From: Rhina ancylostomus
Lineage: Eukaryota
NCBI GenBank assembly: GCA_030265395.1
Contig: JARFYF010000050.1
Location: 38,344,457-38,408,456 of the forward strand
Reading direction: 5' to 3'
DNA: 64,000 nucleotides
The notes under the pieces are model-generated. The model was not told the DNA's origin. It did not search any database and saw only the letters and a program-made list of their open reading frames with translations. Shown in pieces: positions 36,620 to 48,749 of the stretch; the first letter of the stretch is position 1; every line of letters begins with the position of its first letter. A program made the translations under genes and the position numbers.

Positions 36620-37125
36620 TGCAGATGCTGAAAATTTGAAATGGACACAAACTACTGAAAGTACTCAGCAGGTAAGGCAGCACCTGTGGATAGAGAAACA
36701 GTTAATGTTTCAGAGTGGTGAACTTTCATCAGAACCAAGAGAAATTAGAAATCACACAGGGTAGGAATGGGGTAGGGGTGAGGAGAGTAAATGGAACCTC
36801 TGTGGGTGGAGGCTCTGCACTGGAGAAACCACACAGGGATCAGGTGGCCACCTGTAGCAAGGCTCCCTTCGGTCTCCAAGGGTAATCCTGACCTTCCTCC
36901 TGCCTTTTCACTTGAATTCTCCTCCCACTTCCATGCTGACTTCTGTCCGTAGCCACCTGCGCTGTTCCAGTGAAGCCCAGTGCAGACTCCAGGAACAGTA
37001 TTTCATCTTCTGTCGAGGCATGTTACGTTCTCCGGACGTAACAATAAATTCAGCAATTTCAGATTACCAGTCTTTCCAACTTGCATCAGAACTGTCTGGT
37101 CATTAATTCGATCTTACTGTCACCA
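36620..37125 (+). mobile_element. Penelope-like 3' remnant with an inverted terminal repeat; continues at 38575-38790 after an L1 insertion
   Basis: SEAQCRLQEQYFIF GIY-YIG tail; inverted hammerhead-type repeat at 36700-36735; direct copy near 38720. Confidence 0.55.
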
Positions 37126-37225
37126 NNNNNNNNNNNNNNNNNNNNNNNNNNNNNNNNNNNNNNNNNNNNNNNNNNNNNNNNNNNNNNNNNNNNNNNNNNN
37201 NNNNNNNNNNNNNNNNNNNNNNNNN

Positions 37226-38572
37226 TGATAACCAGATCTCTTTTTAATATATTTACAAACTTTGATTCCATATAACATTTGCATTGATTTTAAAACTAAT
37301 AAAAAAGATTGAAAAAGAAAAAAAGGATTTATATGGTGATAAAAACAGGTTAACTTGTCCTTAGACATATGGGTCCTGTGAACCACCTTAAACTGTATCA
37401 AGGAGTGCCTAGCACACATTGAAGATGTATTAACTAATTGGAGAATTTTCTTCCATGTCTCTGGAGGTAGAATTAACTGGAGTTCTCTTTCCCATTCATT
37501 CTTAATTTTGTCAAGTGTCTAAACATATTTCCATAATCAGATCATAAATAATTGCTATCAAGCCCTTCTGATAAGGATTAAAATTTAAATTTTTTTCCAT
37601 AATTTCAATTTTATATGGTATTGGAGAAGGTGGTAAAATAACTAAAAATTCTGATCTGTAACTATTGAAAAAAATGTGATCTAGGCAAATTGTATTTATT
37701 AGACAGCTATTCAAAAGACAAAAAACAATTATCAATGAATAAATCACAAAAGCATGTTATTCCCTTCATTTTCCATAAAGAAAAAGCTAAATTAATTCTG
37801 GATGGTTGAACGAAAAATTAGATTGAATAGGACTTGAAAAAATGAATTTATTCAATCCAAAAAATGTACGAAATTGAAACCATATTCATATTGTATGTTT
37901 AACTATTGGGTTAGTCATTTGTTTACTCAATTTAGTAAGTGCAAAAGGGAGTGAGGCTCCTAAAATAGAAGCTGATGAAAATCCTTGCATGAATTCATAC
38001 TCAAGATGCACCCATCGATGACATTGAATTACATTTAAATCTTGTGCCCAGAAAACTATATATCTAATATTAATTGCCCAATAGTAAAATCTAAAATTAG
38101 GCAAAGCCATACCACCATCCTTTTTTAATTTTTGTAAATATTTCTTACTTGACCTTGGGTTTTTATTCTGCCAAACATATGAAAGAATTTTGGAATCAAT
38201 AGTGTTGATAAAAGATTTTGAAATAAGTTGGAATTGCCTGAAATAGATACAAAAATTTTGGTAAAATATTCATCTTAACTGCATTAATTTGGCCAATCAA
38301 TGATAAAGAGCATGGGGACCATTTAGTAAATAATTGCTTAATGTAATCAATTAAAGGTAAAAAGTTAACTTTAAACAAGTCCTTGTGTTTCTTGGTAATT
38401 TTAACACCCAGGTACGTAATCAGTCACTAATTTAAATGGTGATTGCCTATAAATTGGGACTAGCATGTTTAATGGGAAAAGTTCACTCTTATTAAGATTT
38501 AATCTATAACCAGAGAAAACACTAAACTGAGCAAGTAGTGATAATGCTGCCGGAATGGATTTCTCCGGGTAT
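37226..38572 (-). mobile_element. L1 (fish-type LINE-1) ORF2 C-terminal fragment
   Basis: NFLPLIDYIK..WS..LSLIGQINAVKMNILPKFLYLFQAIP; GGMALPNFRFYYWA; RHSLIQFKVVHR. Confidence 0.9.
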
Positions 38573-38809
38573 TGTTTATCTCTCTACTTACACCTGACAT
38601 TAACCAGCCTCCCCATTGTCTTGTAGCCAGCACCACCCTCATCTGCATCACTCAGTTACTCTTGGTCTCCATCCTGTCACAGGCGTTGCCTTTGTTCTTG
38701 CTGTCCCTCCCTTTTTCAGGTTCTGATGAAAGGTCATTAACTCTTTCTCCCAGATGCTGCCTGACCTGTTGCGTGTTTCCAGCATTCAGTTTTGTAAACG
38801 TTTCAGTAA

Positions 38810-39030
38810 TGTTGCTGGAAAGATAACTGGTGCCCAGTGTGCCCCAGGAATGCCCCTTCTCTTCAGATATGTAACCTTGGACTTTAGCCACATCTGAGGT
38901 GATCGGCTGGGCCCCTGTTTAATGCTCATCTGAATGAGCCCATCAGTGAGGTTGTACTCTGGTGCTGCTGCAGTAGGAGTGTGGCCTGGATTATTGATGT
39001 GGGCTCCGGATTGGATTTGAGACTCTGCTT
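38810..39030 (-). mobile_element. Degenerate DeuSINE-like SINE next to MRPS7 exon 5
   Basis: ccacatctgag...gggcccctgtttaatgctcatctgaa...ctgcagtaggagtgtggcctggattat resembles the Deu-domain core in reverse. Confidence 0.45.
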
Positions 39031-39076
39031 CTTCCCAGTTCGTTAATGGATTTTATTCCCTGAATTCCTGTTGCAG

Positions 39077-39298
39077 GTTCCGACACCACTTAAGGACAAC
39101 CGTCGTCGTTTCCTGGCCATGAAATGGTTAATCACTGAATGCCGTGACAACCGGCACCGACGCACTCACATGCATGAGAAGTTGTCCCAGGAGCTGCTTG
39201 CTGCCTTTAAAAATGAGGGCAATGTGGTCAAAAGGAAGCACGACCTTCACAAAATGGCGGAGGCTAATCGAGCCTTCGCCCACTACAGGTGGTGGTGA
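39077..39298 (+). CDS. MRPS7: MRPS7 exon 5 (terminal)
   Basis: [19 protein letters not shown]...[24 protein letters not shown]-stop, the uS7m C-terminus. The five exons total 708 nt (235 aa). Confidence 0.97.
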   Translation, partial: VPTPLKDNRRRFLAMKWLITECRDNRHRRTHMHEKLSQELLAAFKNEGNVVKRKHDLHKMAEANRAFAHYRWW

Positions 39299-40182
39299 GG
39301 TGTGGCACAGCTCAGGCCCAGAACTTGGTCAGCAACCCAAGCTGGAAGGAATGGGCAATCTCTCCACCTTGGTGTTTAAAGTGTGTGCTATGCACAGTTA
39401 TGTTCGTGCAAATAACCCCTCTATGTACTGACTCCAGGTCCACCGCAGAGGTTGGGGAGTGATGTGGGCACGGTGTCTGGGGTTGGTTGGGGGTGCATGG
39501 TGACGCTGACACCCTGTTTGTGCTGAGGGAAGATGAGTGACCCTGGCAATGTGTGTACCAGCTGCAAGGAGTGACGATTGCTGTGTCCCAAGCCACAGGC
39601 TGGGGGAGTGAGACTGCATCTGTCTGCTTGAACACCAGGTGCACAGAGTGAACAGCAACATGTCCCAGGCCAGAGGGTGGCATTGTGTGTGCTGAAGGAG
39701 GGAGGTGACAGTGGCACTGTTACAGATGAGGGGTGACTGACACCCAGCCTGTCCGGGGCTACGTGGGGGTGCTCTCAGTGACCATCATGATTGAGACCTA
39801 TTTTGAAACTCTACAAAAACCGCAGAAATATCCCAGTGAGGGAATGGTCCACAGGGGTGTGAAGGAAGGTCAACTCCCACTTCAGTGCCTNNNNNNNNNN
39901 NNNNNNNNNNNNNNNNTCTCATCGCATTCACACCTGCCTGTAATGTTTTAATCTTTGCAAATGGATTCTTAAATCTCCATGAGTCACTGATGCCAATCTT
40001 CCACCATGTACAATGTCCCCTTCATTTTCCCTTGGGTCCAGGCAGGAACCTGTATTGAATCCCTGACTTGGCTTTGCATTCACTTAATGTCTCCTTTGTA
40101 ATTTTATGTTTGCATCAACACTGTTCACAGTGCTGTCTACAAAGAGCTGTTAAAAATCATGAAGGATTTTAAGTTTAGATGG

Positions 40183-40188
40183 AATAAA
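40183..40188 (+). terminator. Possible MRPS7 polyadenylation signal
   Basis: Overlapping AATAAATAAA followed by a GT/T-rich tract. Confidence 0.4.
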
Positions 40189-41510
40189 TAAAGGAATTTT
40201 TGTTTGGTTTAATAACCAGGGTAGTACAGATTTAAGGCAAAAGATGCAAAGAGTCTCACACTGAGTGTTTAGCTTGGAACATACTGCCTGATGAGGTGGT
40301 ACGTTTCAATAATTAGGGAAAGGGGAAAACATATTCAGGAAAATCCTCTTCGAATACGAGAAAGACACTAACTGGATTGTTTGCTGAAAGTCATCGCACC
40401 CTTGATGGCCTGCACGGGTTCCTTCAAGAAAGCAGCTTAGTGCCACCTGTATCGGCAGCTAGGGGTGTTGGCTTTATCAGTGATCTGATGGAGACTGAAT
40501 GCATTTTAAAAGAAGAAGAGTGCAGAAGATGCTGTGAATTTTGGTGCTGGCATCTTTAACTGGATGCCTGGAAATGACTGTGGTTTTGTAGTCTGGCATG
40601 GAAGGTCACTTTACTTGAGTCAGGAGACGATCCAATTCAATGAGAGCCCAGACAACTGCACCATGGACAGAGGTGAGGAAATACATTTTGGCCTCCAAGA
40701 TTGCCAGAGCAAGTGTTCTGATTGCATATTACACTTTTACTTTGAAAATGTGAAAATAACATTCATTGGACACCCTGTCTAAATGTTTGTGACTCCTACC
40801 TTCTGGTTCAGTGGCTGCAGTACCATTTTGCAGTCCTGCTGCTGTAGGCATTCAGTCGTCACACATCTGTATATAGAACATGGTTCCTTGTACTGCCATT
40901 TCAGTGTGGTGTGTTGGCCTGGGCAGCTTACCACAGCACTGGTCATTGTGAAAACATTTGCAGATGAGTTTCATGTCATTTTTGGTCATTTAGATCACTG
41001 GTGAATGTATTGAGAAAGTGGAATGTTTAACAATTCCTGTTTCTGAGTAGACCCTTTGCTGTTCAAAGACATTCAGTAATGCCACGTTTAGGTGTCAGAC
41101 CACACAGGCCAGCTTGGAGATTTCAGTGTCTCTCGCACACACTCGTGTTGTGGCACTGTGTTCTTCCAGTGTCGGCTGTCACATTTGCACAAAACACCAC
41201 TTCCAACCATCAAGAAATTCGAGGTAATATTGGTATTACATTTCAAAATGTTTTGCTATTTTTTAAAAAAAAAGTAAAAAGCTGTGTAATAACTGAAATC
41301 TGTGGAGGGGGAGTTAATTTGTGTTCATTGTTAATCCATGATAGGACGAGCATAATTATACAAGTGGAATTTCTTGCTCTTTAGAGGTTAGTATTGCACA
41401 ATACCACTTTNNNNNNNNNNNNNNNNNNNNNNNNNNNNNNNNNNNNNNNNNNNNNNNNNNNNNNNNNNNNNNNNNNNNNNNNNNNNNNNNNNNNNNNNNN
41501 NNNNNNNNNN

Positions 41511-41700
41511 AATGAGCTGTCAGAGGAAGTGGGTGAGGCAGGTACATTAACAACATTTAAAAGGTACTTGGACAGGTCTATGGATGGGAAGGTTCAGAGG
41601 GATATGGGCCAAATGCAAGCAAATGGGACTGGCTTAGATGGGAATCTTGGTCAGCATGGACCAGATGGGCTGAAGGGCCTGTTTCCATGCTGTGTGACTT
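41511..41700 (+). mobile_element. CR1 LINE 3' end
   Basis: Same tail as 32680-32835 (NEL...TFKRYLDR). Confidence 0.8.
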
Positions 41701-42659
41701 AGAGTTAGAGTCACGTGGCAAAATGTAGTTGGTGAGATGGGACTCGGAAAGTAGCTCCAAGTGAATCATCCTGACAAACTACTTGGGGCAGGATCACCTG
41801 TACCTGCTTTCACTGGGGATGCTTGTCTCTCAAGGGACAGGATATGGCAATGCCCCTGGTCCAGGCACAGGCACAGGCAACTGTTGTCATCCAAGAGAGA
41901 GACTACTAGGATATCGGCATCACTCCCATTGTGACAGATAGCGATGTACTGACCACTGCACAATCCGCCCCGTTATCACCATCAACTTGGCCTAGAACAA
42001 CAGCAGCAACAGAAGTACCGTTGCAAGCAAATCAGTGAAGTGCTTGGATTTGGCAGCAACAACCTCAGGGAAGGGGGATTGGGGGTGTGGGTGGGATTTC
42101 AAGGAAACCTGAGATACCATAATCATGATTACCTTCAAGTTACTGACTGCAGTAACAACAGAGGGGTCTCTGCTGCCTGCCACAGGAAACATCACTGCCA
42201 ACTTCCTCAGCCGCCTCCTCCTGGTGGTGAAGCACTGCTCCCTGAACCTCAGTGCAGATGCTGTCCATCCAGAGGTACATTGCACGTGATCGTCACCGTG
42301 TGCTGGGAGAAACACCACCCATGCCTTTCGACCCCATCAGTTGAGAGGAACTGTGGAACATTCTCAGATTTGTCTGTCAGCAGAACTTTGTCTCCAGCTG
42401 GTGTCTGCCACGTGCTGGCCACAACCAACCAGTCTCGGCACAGACTGAAGTCTCTGACACTTCTCTCACTTTCTCACAGCTCAATTATAACAAGAGCATT
42501 TAGGATACCATGAGTCCGTGTGTCAGGAACACACAGACCAGCATGAACAAGGGAAGGAATATACTAATTCACAAACTACACACCTGCCTGTCCCATTAAG
42601 TACTTCCTGCACCACATATGGCAGAGTGCATGGGACTTCATTAGTCTCAAGAGTCACCC

Positions 42660-43392
42660 CAGACCCCACATGCTCCTGTCTACATCAACGGTACTGAGGT
42701 CGAGAGAGTTGAGAGCTTCAAGTTTCTGGGAGTGAATGCCACCAACAGCCTGTCCTGGTCCAATCACGTAGATGCCACGGCCAAGAAAGCTCAGCAGTGC
42801 CTCTACTTGCTCAGGAGGCTAAAGAAATTTGGCATATTCCCTTGACACTCACCAACTTTTATCGATGCACCATAAAAAGCATCCTGTCCAGATGCATCAC
42901 AGTTTGGTACGGCAACTGCTCTGCCCAGGGCAGCTAGAAACTGCAGAGAGCTGTGAACACAACTCAGCACATCACAGAAACCAGCCTCCCCTCCACGGAC
43001 TCTGATTATGCTGGCTGCTTTACCAAGGCAGTGAGAAGTGTAGACAAAGACCCCACCCAGCCTGGACATTCTCTCTTCTCCCTTCTCCCATCAGGCAGAA
43101 GATACAAAAGCCTGAAAGCACGTACCACCAGGCTCAAGGACAGCTTCGATCCTACTGTTATAAAACTACTGAACGGTTCTCTGGTACAATACGATGGATT
43201 CTTGACCTCACAATCTACCTCGTTATGACCTTGCACCTTATTGTCTACCTGCACTGCACTGTCTCTGTAGCTGTGACACTTTACTCTGCATTCTGTATTG
43301 TTTTACCTTGTATTACCTCAATGCACCGTGTAATGAATTGATCTGTACGATCGGTATGCGGCAAGCTTTTCACTGTACCTTGGTACAAGGGA
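42660..43392 (+). mobile_element. Rex1/Babar LINE RT 3' fragment
   Basis: PVYINGTEVERVESFKFLGV...LSWSNHV...KKAQQCLYLLRRLKKFG...HSLFSLLPSGRRYKSLKARTTRLKDSF. Confidence 0.85.
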
Positions 43393-43584
43393 GAGTGTAA
43401 GGTAAGGCTGGCAGGATTAGGGAACCTTGGAAGGCAAGGGACATTGAGAACTGCACAGAGTGCTCCATGTGTGGCCTAACCAATGTTTTCTAATGTTGTA
43501 ACACGTCTCTGCTGTTATATTCTGTGCCACAGCTGATGAAGGCAAATATCCGATCTGCTTTCTCCACTGCCCTGTCTGTCTACC

Positions 43585-44200
43585 CCTCACTACACCGGTC
43601 ATTGCAGGATCTTATTCCCCTCACAGCAGTTACTCCTCTTGCTACACCTGTCATTGTGAGAGCTCACACCCCACCGCACACCCTAGTGTCTGCAGAAACT
43701 CATTCTCAGCAGCATGGCTCTCACTGCCACTGCACGCTTGTCATTGCAGGCCCTCCCCTCAGTGGGAATACTTTTGCAGGAACTCACTAGCCACAGTGTG
43801 CCTGTTACTCTCAGCTCTCTTGCCCCATGGTGTGCCCACGTCTGCAGTAACTGGATCCCCACAGTGCCTCTCACATAATCCCCTCTCTACCTGCCATTGC
43901 ACCTCATACTCCAGGAACCCAGACCCTTGGTGTGCCTGTCATTCCAGGAACTCACTCAGCTCAGTGCAGCTGCTCTGCGTGGAATCACTCCCTACAGTAT
44001 GCATTTCACTGTAGATACTCACCCCCTCCTCAGTGTGAATGTTACTGCAGTAACTCACATTCTCTCGTGCCTGTACTGCGGGAATTCACTCCCCTTGTCC
44101 CTGTCATTGTCAGAACTCACTCCAGTCAGTGTGCCTGACATCACAGGAAATCCCTCCACTCAGAACAGCCGCCTTTGCAGCAAGTCACTCCTGAGCCTAC
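43585..44200 (+). repeat. Degenerate tandem repeat with core ctgtcattgcaggaactcactc
   Basis: About a dozen diverged copies of the core, separated by short variable C-rich spacers. Confidence 0.6.
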
Positions 44201-44309
44201 CTCTCGTTCTTGATCAGCTGGAGATCTGAGTGCTTTGGGTGCAGTTGTGCGCACTGAGCTGTACAACACCAGCTCCAGCAGGTGCACAGTGCAGTTGTTT
44301 AACAGCAGG

Positions 44310-45180
44310 GATCAATACTAGGACCCTTACTGTTTGTTGTATATAGTAACAATTTAAATGTGAATGTAGGAGGCATTATTGTAATGAAAATTGTTGGTGT
44401 TGATAACAAGGACCCTACAGAATGATACTGGTCAATTGCTTAGATCTGGAGAACATTGGCTGGTGGAATTGAATCCTGCTAAGTGCAAGGAGGTACACTT
44501 GGGAGGTAGAACAGACACAGTGAATGAAGGGAGTAGAGGAACAGTGGGACCTCCATGCATCCTGAAGGTGGCAGCACAGGTCAATAAAGTGGTGAAGGCA
44601 GCATGTAGAACACTTGCTGGCGTCAACCAGGACAGAGGAGGGAGGTCATGGTACAGCTGTATAAAACAGCATGAAACATTGGTTTGGCCACAGCTGGGGC
44701 ACCGGGTGTAGTTCTGGTTACCACATTAGGAAGCACCTGATTGCACTGGAGAGGGTGCACAGGAGATTCACCTGGATGTTGCCTGAGATGGTGCATTTCA
44801 ATTGAGGAAAGGCTGGACATGTTTTCCTTGGAACAGAGGAGAAACATGGTAGAGGTGTACAAGATTATGAGGGGCAGAGACAGTGGGAAAGTCAGAACAC
44901 ATCCCAATAGCCAAGCTGTCTAAAATTAGAGGGCATGGGTTTAGGTTATAGGATAGCAGGTTTCGAGGGGTCTTGAGGAAGAACCTTTTTCATACAGAGA
45001 GAGGCTGGAATCTAGAATGTGCTGTGTGAGGCAGGTCCTCCCACATTGAAGCATTTAGATGAGCAATTGAATCACCAAGTCACAGGTGGCTACCAATGAA
45101 GTGCTGGTAAATGGACTTAGTTCAGATGGGTACTTGGTCAGCATGGATATGGTGGGCAGATCAGTTTCTGTGACTCCAAG
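44310..45180 (+). mobile_element. Degraded CR1 LINE 3' part
   Basis: WLVELNPAKCKEVHLG, LVWPQL, ERLDMFSLEQRR..VEVYKIMRG. Confidence 0.8.
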
Positions 45181-47229
45181 TATAACATGTAAGAAAGGCC
45201 TGGTGGTGAGCTCTTAAACAGCTCAATTAAGTTTTAAACAGGAATAAGTGGAGATATATTTTGGGATCAGATCCAGAGTAACAGATTTATCATTTTAGGA
45301 GAGTGTTTTTGTAATTGCTCAAAGTGCCAAGTGTTTAACTACATAGTCTGATGCATCCATCGTTCATCTTAAATGCATGCAAGCTCTCAAATGCATCTAT
45401 TGATGAATGTTATATTTCAATATTCAGTGTAGGTTGCAAACAAACATTTTGACAATGCTGAACACACTGGTTACCTTGTTGATGCTCAGGATGTGCTCCC
45501 CCCTCCTGTAACCCAGCTTTGCTCTGATCCACGATCTCCCTGCAATCACCTGGGTTTCTCTGGATGTTCTAGTTTCTTTCCATAGCCCAAGGAATTACTG
45601 GTTGCTGGGCTAATGGGACACTGTAAATTATCCTCACTGTAGGTGGACGGTGATGGGAATTGGTGGGAAAGATTGCAGTTCCATTAGTGGGGGGTGGAAG
45701 AGAGAGCATAGAATCGATAGTCCAAACAGACTCCTCCAGACTTGCAAATGTGAGTGAGAAAAACAAGTGCGCTGATGGAATCAGCACTAACATTATACCT
45801 AGAGATGTTACTGGCACTCACCATTGCTGCACCAGGACCCAGGTTGGGGGCTCAACCCACACTGATGCTCCCCCACTGAAACAGATGAAGTGATGGATGG
45901 CCCCAGTGTGGAGGTGGCCACTGAGGTTTCGGGCAGAGGATGCCTGATGGATCTGATGTTGTGCTGCTCAGTGACAGTGGTGGGTCTGCTCAGCCCCAAG
46001 ATGCAGGGGCTCAGGGCAGTGCCGGGTGCAGGTCAGTGCTGGCGACAGCCCTCCCCTGTTCAGCTGCACAGCTCTCCACAAACCACTGCTCTCTGGCAGC
46101 ATGATCGAAAACCAACAACTACCATGAGGCAGCTGAGACACCACAGGCAGCTTACTGCACAGAGCAAGTGCTGCCAAATGCAGCCCAGAGCTGCCACATT
46201 GCTCACCACACCCCATTCAAGAGCAGTCCTCCCAGGAAGCCCATGGTTCCCTCCACATTGAAGGTCCATTTCATTGCTGAGGGAGTGCTGGGTTACCAGC
46301 CCAAAGTAAAAATATACATCTTTAAAAAACCAGACGTTTCACACCTGTGCACATTTGGACTCTAGGACCGAAAGCTCTGCGCGAATCAATGCTGAGGGCA
46401 ACACTAAACAAAAGGCAGCCCAGGTCCGGTTAGTAGGGTCTGTAGCCAAGTCAGGCTCAAATCCTGCTTAAGACTTTCCTTTCATTTACCTTATTTTGAA
46501 GGCATTTTGACTCTTTTCTAATACAATTATTTCTGCTAAATTCTAAATACTTAACTTCCACATTACTCTCCACTCTTTATAGCAGTTTCCAAACTTGATT
46601 TGCAGTCATTTGCTAAATAACTTCCTCAACCTCATAGAAAAGTCCAAAACCTGCAGCTGTCCCTCAGGCACTTTGGTGCAAGGTTTAAGTGAGCAGTCAT
46701 TGACTCTGCTGCATCCATTACCTTGTGTCCATTTTTGCTACCCAGTGAAGTCCAGCCAGATCCTGCTGCTGCAGGTCAGATAAAAAAGATTTAAAGATAG
46801 TCTTCAGCCATGGATCCAGTCTATTACCATGCTGAAATATACTGACCATATTGTAACAAGCCATTTCCACACTGCAGTGTGGGTTCGATGAGCTGGACAG
46901 CTGCCTCTGTGGTAATGGTTGGATTGTGAAAGGGGAAGTTAAATCCTTTGGCTGGTACACTGTTCAGTTGGAGCATGGGATCAGGTTTCAGTTCTACCCC
47001 TCAGATCAAAGTTATGATGACAGTTTGTTCACTTCTTCCTCGCCAGTTTCCACTGCTTCAGGTTATTCTCTGCTCCCAATTAGAGCCGGCTTTTAAACCC
47101 ATAATGTACTCCAACTCCACACACTGCCTGCCACAAGCCCAAGTACAAAACACCATGACAATGCTCACAACATTCAGTTTGTGCACAAAGATCTGAAGGA
47201 TGAAGTCAGTCACATCTGGAGTATTTTTT

Positions 47230-47235
47230 TTTATT
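47230..47235 (-). terminator. Putative JPT1 polyadenylation signal (a proximal one lies at 47455-47460)
   Basis: Minus-strand AATAAA hexamers downstream of the stop codon. Confidence 0.5.
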
Positions 47236-47496
47236 TGCATCACAAATCACACCCAAATACAAAGTCCAAAATGCCAGAATTTAGTCTGAAGTCACATGAG
47301 AAACAAACACTCAAGTAGCTTACATCACAGGGAGGAAATGACTCGCACCTTTCCCAGGAGACCTCATGGTTGGAGCACCTATGGAACATTCAAATGTAAA
47401 GTGCCAATACAAAATGGTGAAGCTCAAATTTTAAGTTTACAATAAAAATCAACATTTATTCAGTCTGCAGTTGAGATAATGAGGTGAATGGTGGAC

Positions 47497-47630
47497 CTAT
47501 CCCAGCACAAGGCTGGAGACTCCACCAGGTGGGACTTTCTTGGGCCGAAATGATTCAGGTTGAGCAGACACTGGGCTGGGCACGGACTCTTCCTTCTCTC
47601 CCTGGGCCTCCGGTTGGTTTGCAGTTTCAG
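47497..47630 (-). CDS. JPT1: JPT1 (HN1, Jupiter microtubule-associated homolog 1), terminal coding exon
   Basis: Minus acceptor tttttgtcttttggttccccag, phase 1. Encodes ETANQPEAQGEKEESVPSPVSAQPESFRPKKVPPGGVSSLVLG-stop, the HN1 C-terminal PPGG.SSLVLG motif (not the ORF-track frame). Confidence 0.88.
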
Positions 47631-48749
47631 CTGGGGAACCAAAAGACAAAAATTAGACCAAAGATCTGCAGTTCCACTTGAAATAGGAATGTTTTAAATT
47701 CCTATTTAGAGAACAAATTAACTCAATACAGCAGTGCAAAATTAGACAAGGCAATACACAGCATTAAGGACAATGCAGAGGGCATTTGATAACTAGCACT
47801 TCTACATGAAAATGAAACCAACAGCACCCACAATGTAGTAACAGCTGTTAAACATGTTCAACAAATTGGAGCTTGAATTTGGACATCATCCTGTGGGTAC
47901 ATTGGTATAGAGGTGAGCTGCTACTTCACAGGGACAAGGTTACAGGGTTAGAGCAGGATGCTGACACTGAGTTCCCAAAGGAAACTGAACGTACTGCCTC
48001 TCAGGAATACATGGAATTTTCAATGGGACCTTTACCACTGAACAAGGTACAAATCGTAAGCATCATGGTCTATCTGAAAGGAAAAAAGGCATCAGGAGAT
48101 TTTGGGTCTTTGCTGCTCCAAGCTGAGAACAGGAAGTGATCAGACACTTGCACAACTGAAGCAGCAGTGGATTCAGATTCTGGGGTGGAATGTAGAACAA
48201 GGCTTAAATGTATATTTGAAATAGCTTAACTGCTCAAGTGGATTCTGTGGGTCACACGATTTGCAGGAAGAGGAGAGAAAGCCATCCACAAGTAGGTCAC
48301 AGATGATCACATATCCATGTGTGCATCTAACTGAACTTCACCTAACAAACTTATTGGGCAAAGCATTTGGCATTGCTTGGGATAGTGTAAAGGGTTGGGA
48401 CTGTGCATACTGTCAACAACCAGGATTGTTGCATGTGACAGTACTGTTGGATTAAAGAAATTTGGCCCAGTAATTTTTATCTCCAGTTCTCTCTCCACCT
48501 CTCCTAATCCACAAGAACNNNNNNNNNNGAACTATTGACCTGACTGCACAAATCCACACATTACAGACTCAGACACTCAATGCTATAAGGTTACAATGGA
48601 GAACTCTTCTCTGGGAGAGAGGGTCTGGCTGATCAAACAGACCAGCTGGTGCAGAAGGTTGATCAGTGGACCACTTGCCAGTCAGATACAGAACCTGGTT
48701 GTTGGCACAAAGACAGGCTGAGAAGGAATAACAAAGATAATGCTAGTTA

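Noticed and set aside
40500-42520. ORFs downstream of MRPS7 as MIF4GD or another gene
   Set aside because: No MIF4GD-like or other recognisable motifs, and no consistent exon chain.
43585-44200. CRISPR array interpretation of the repeat-spacer pattern
   Set aside because: Vertebrate context, highly degenerate repeats, irregular spacing and no cas genes.
47460-47642. ORF-track 60-aa minus ORF MVPQLKLQ...
   Set aside because: Wrong frame; the real coding frame is the JPT1 terminal exon.
48036-48073. 38-nt minus-strand exon candidate for JPT1
   Set aside because: The only open frame ends in phase 2, incompatible with the phase-1 terminal exon.
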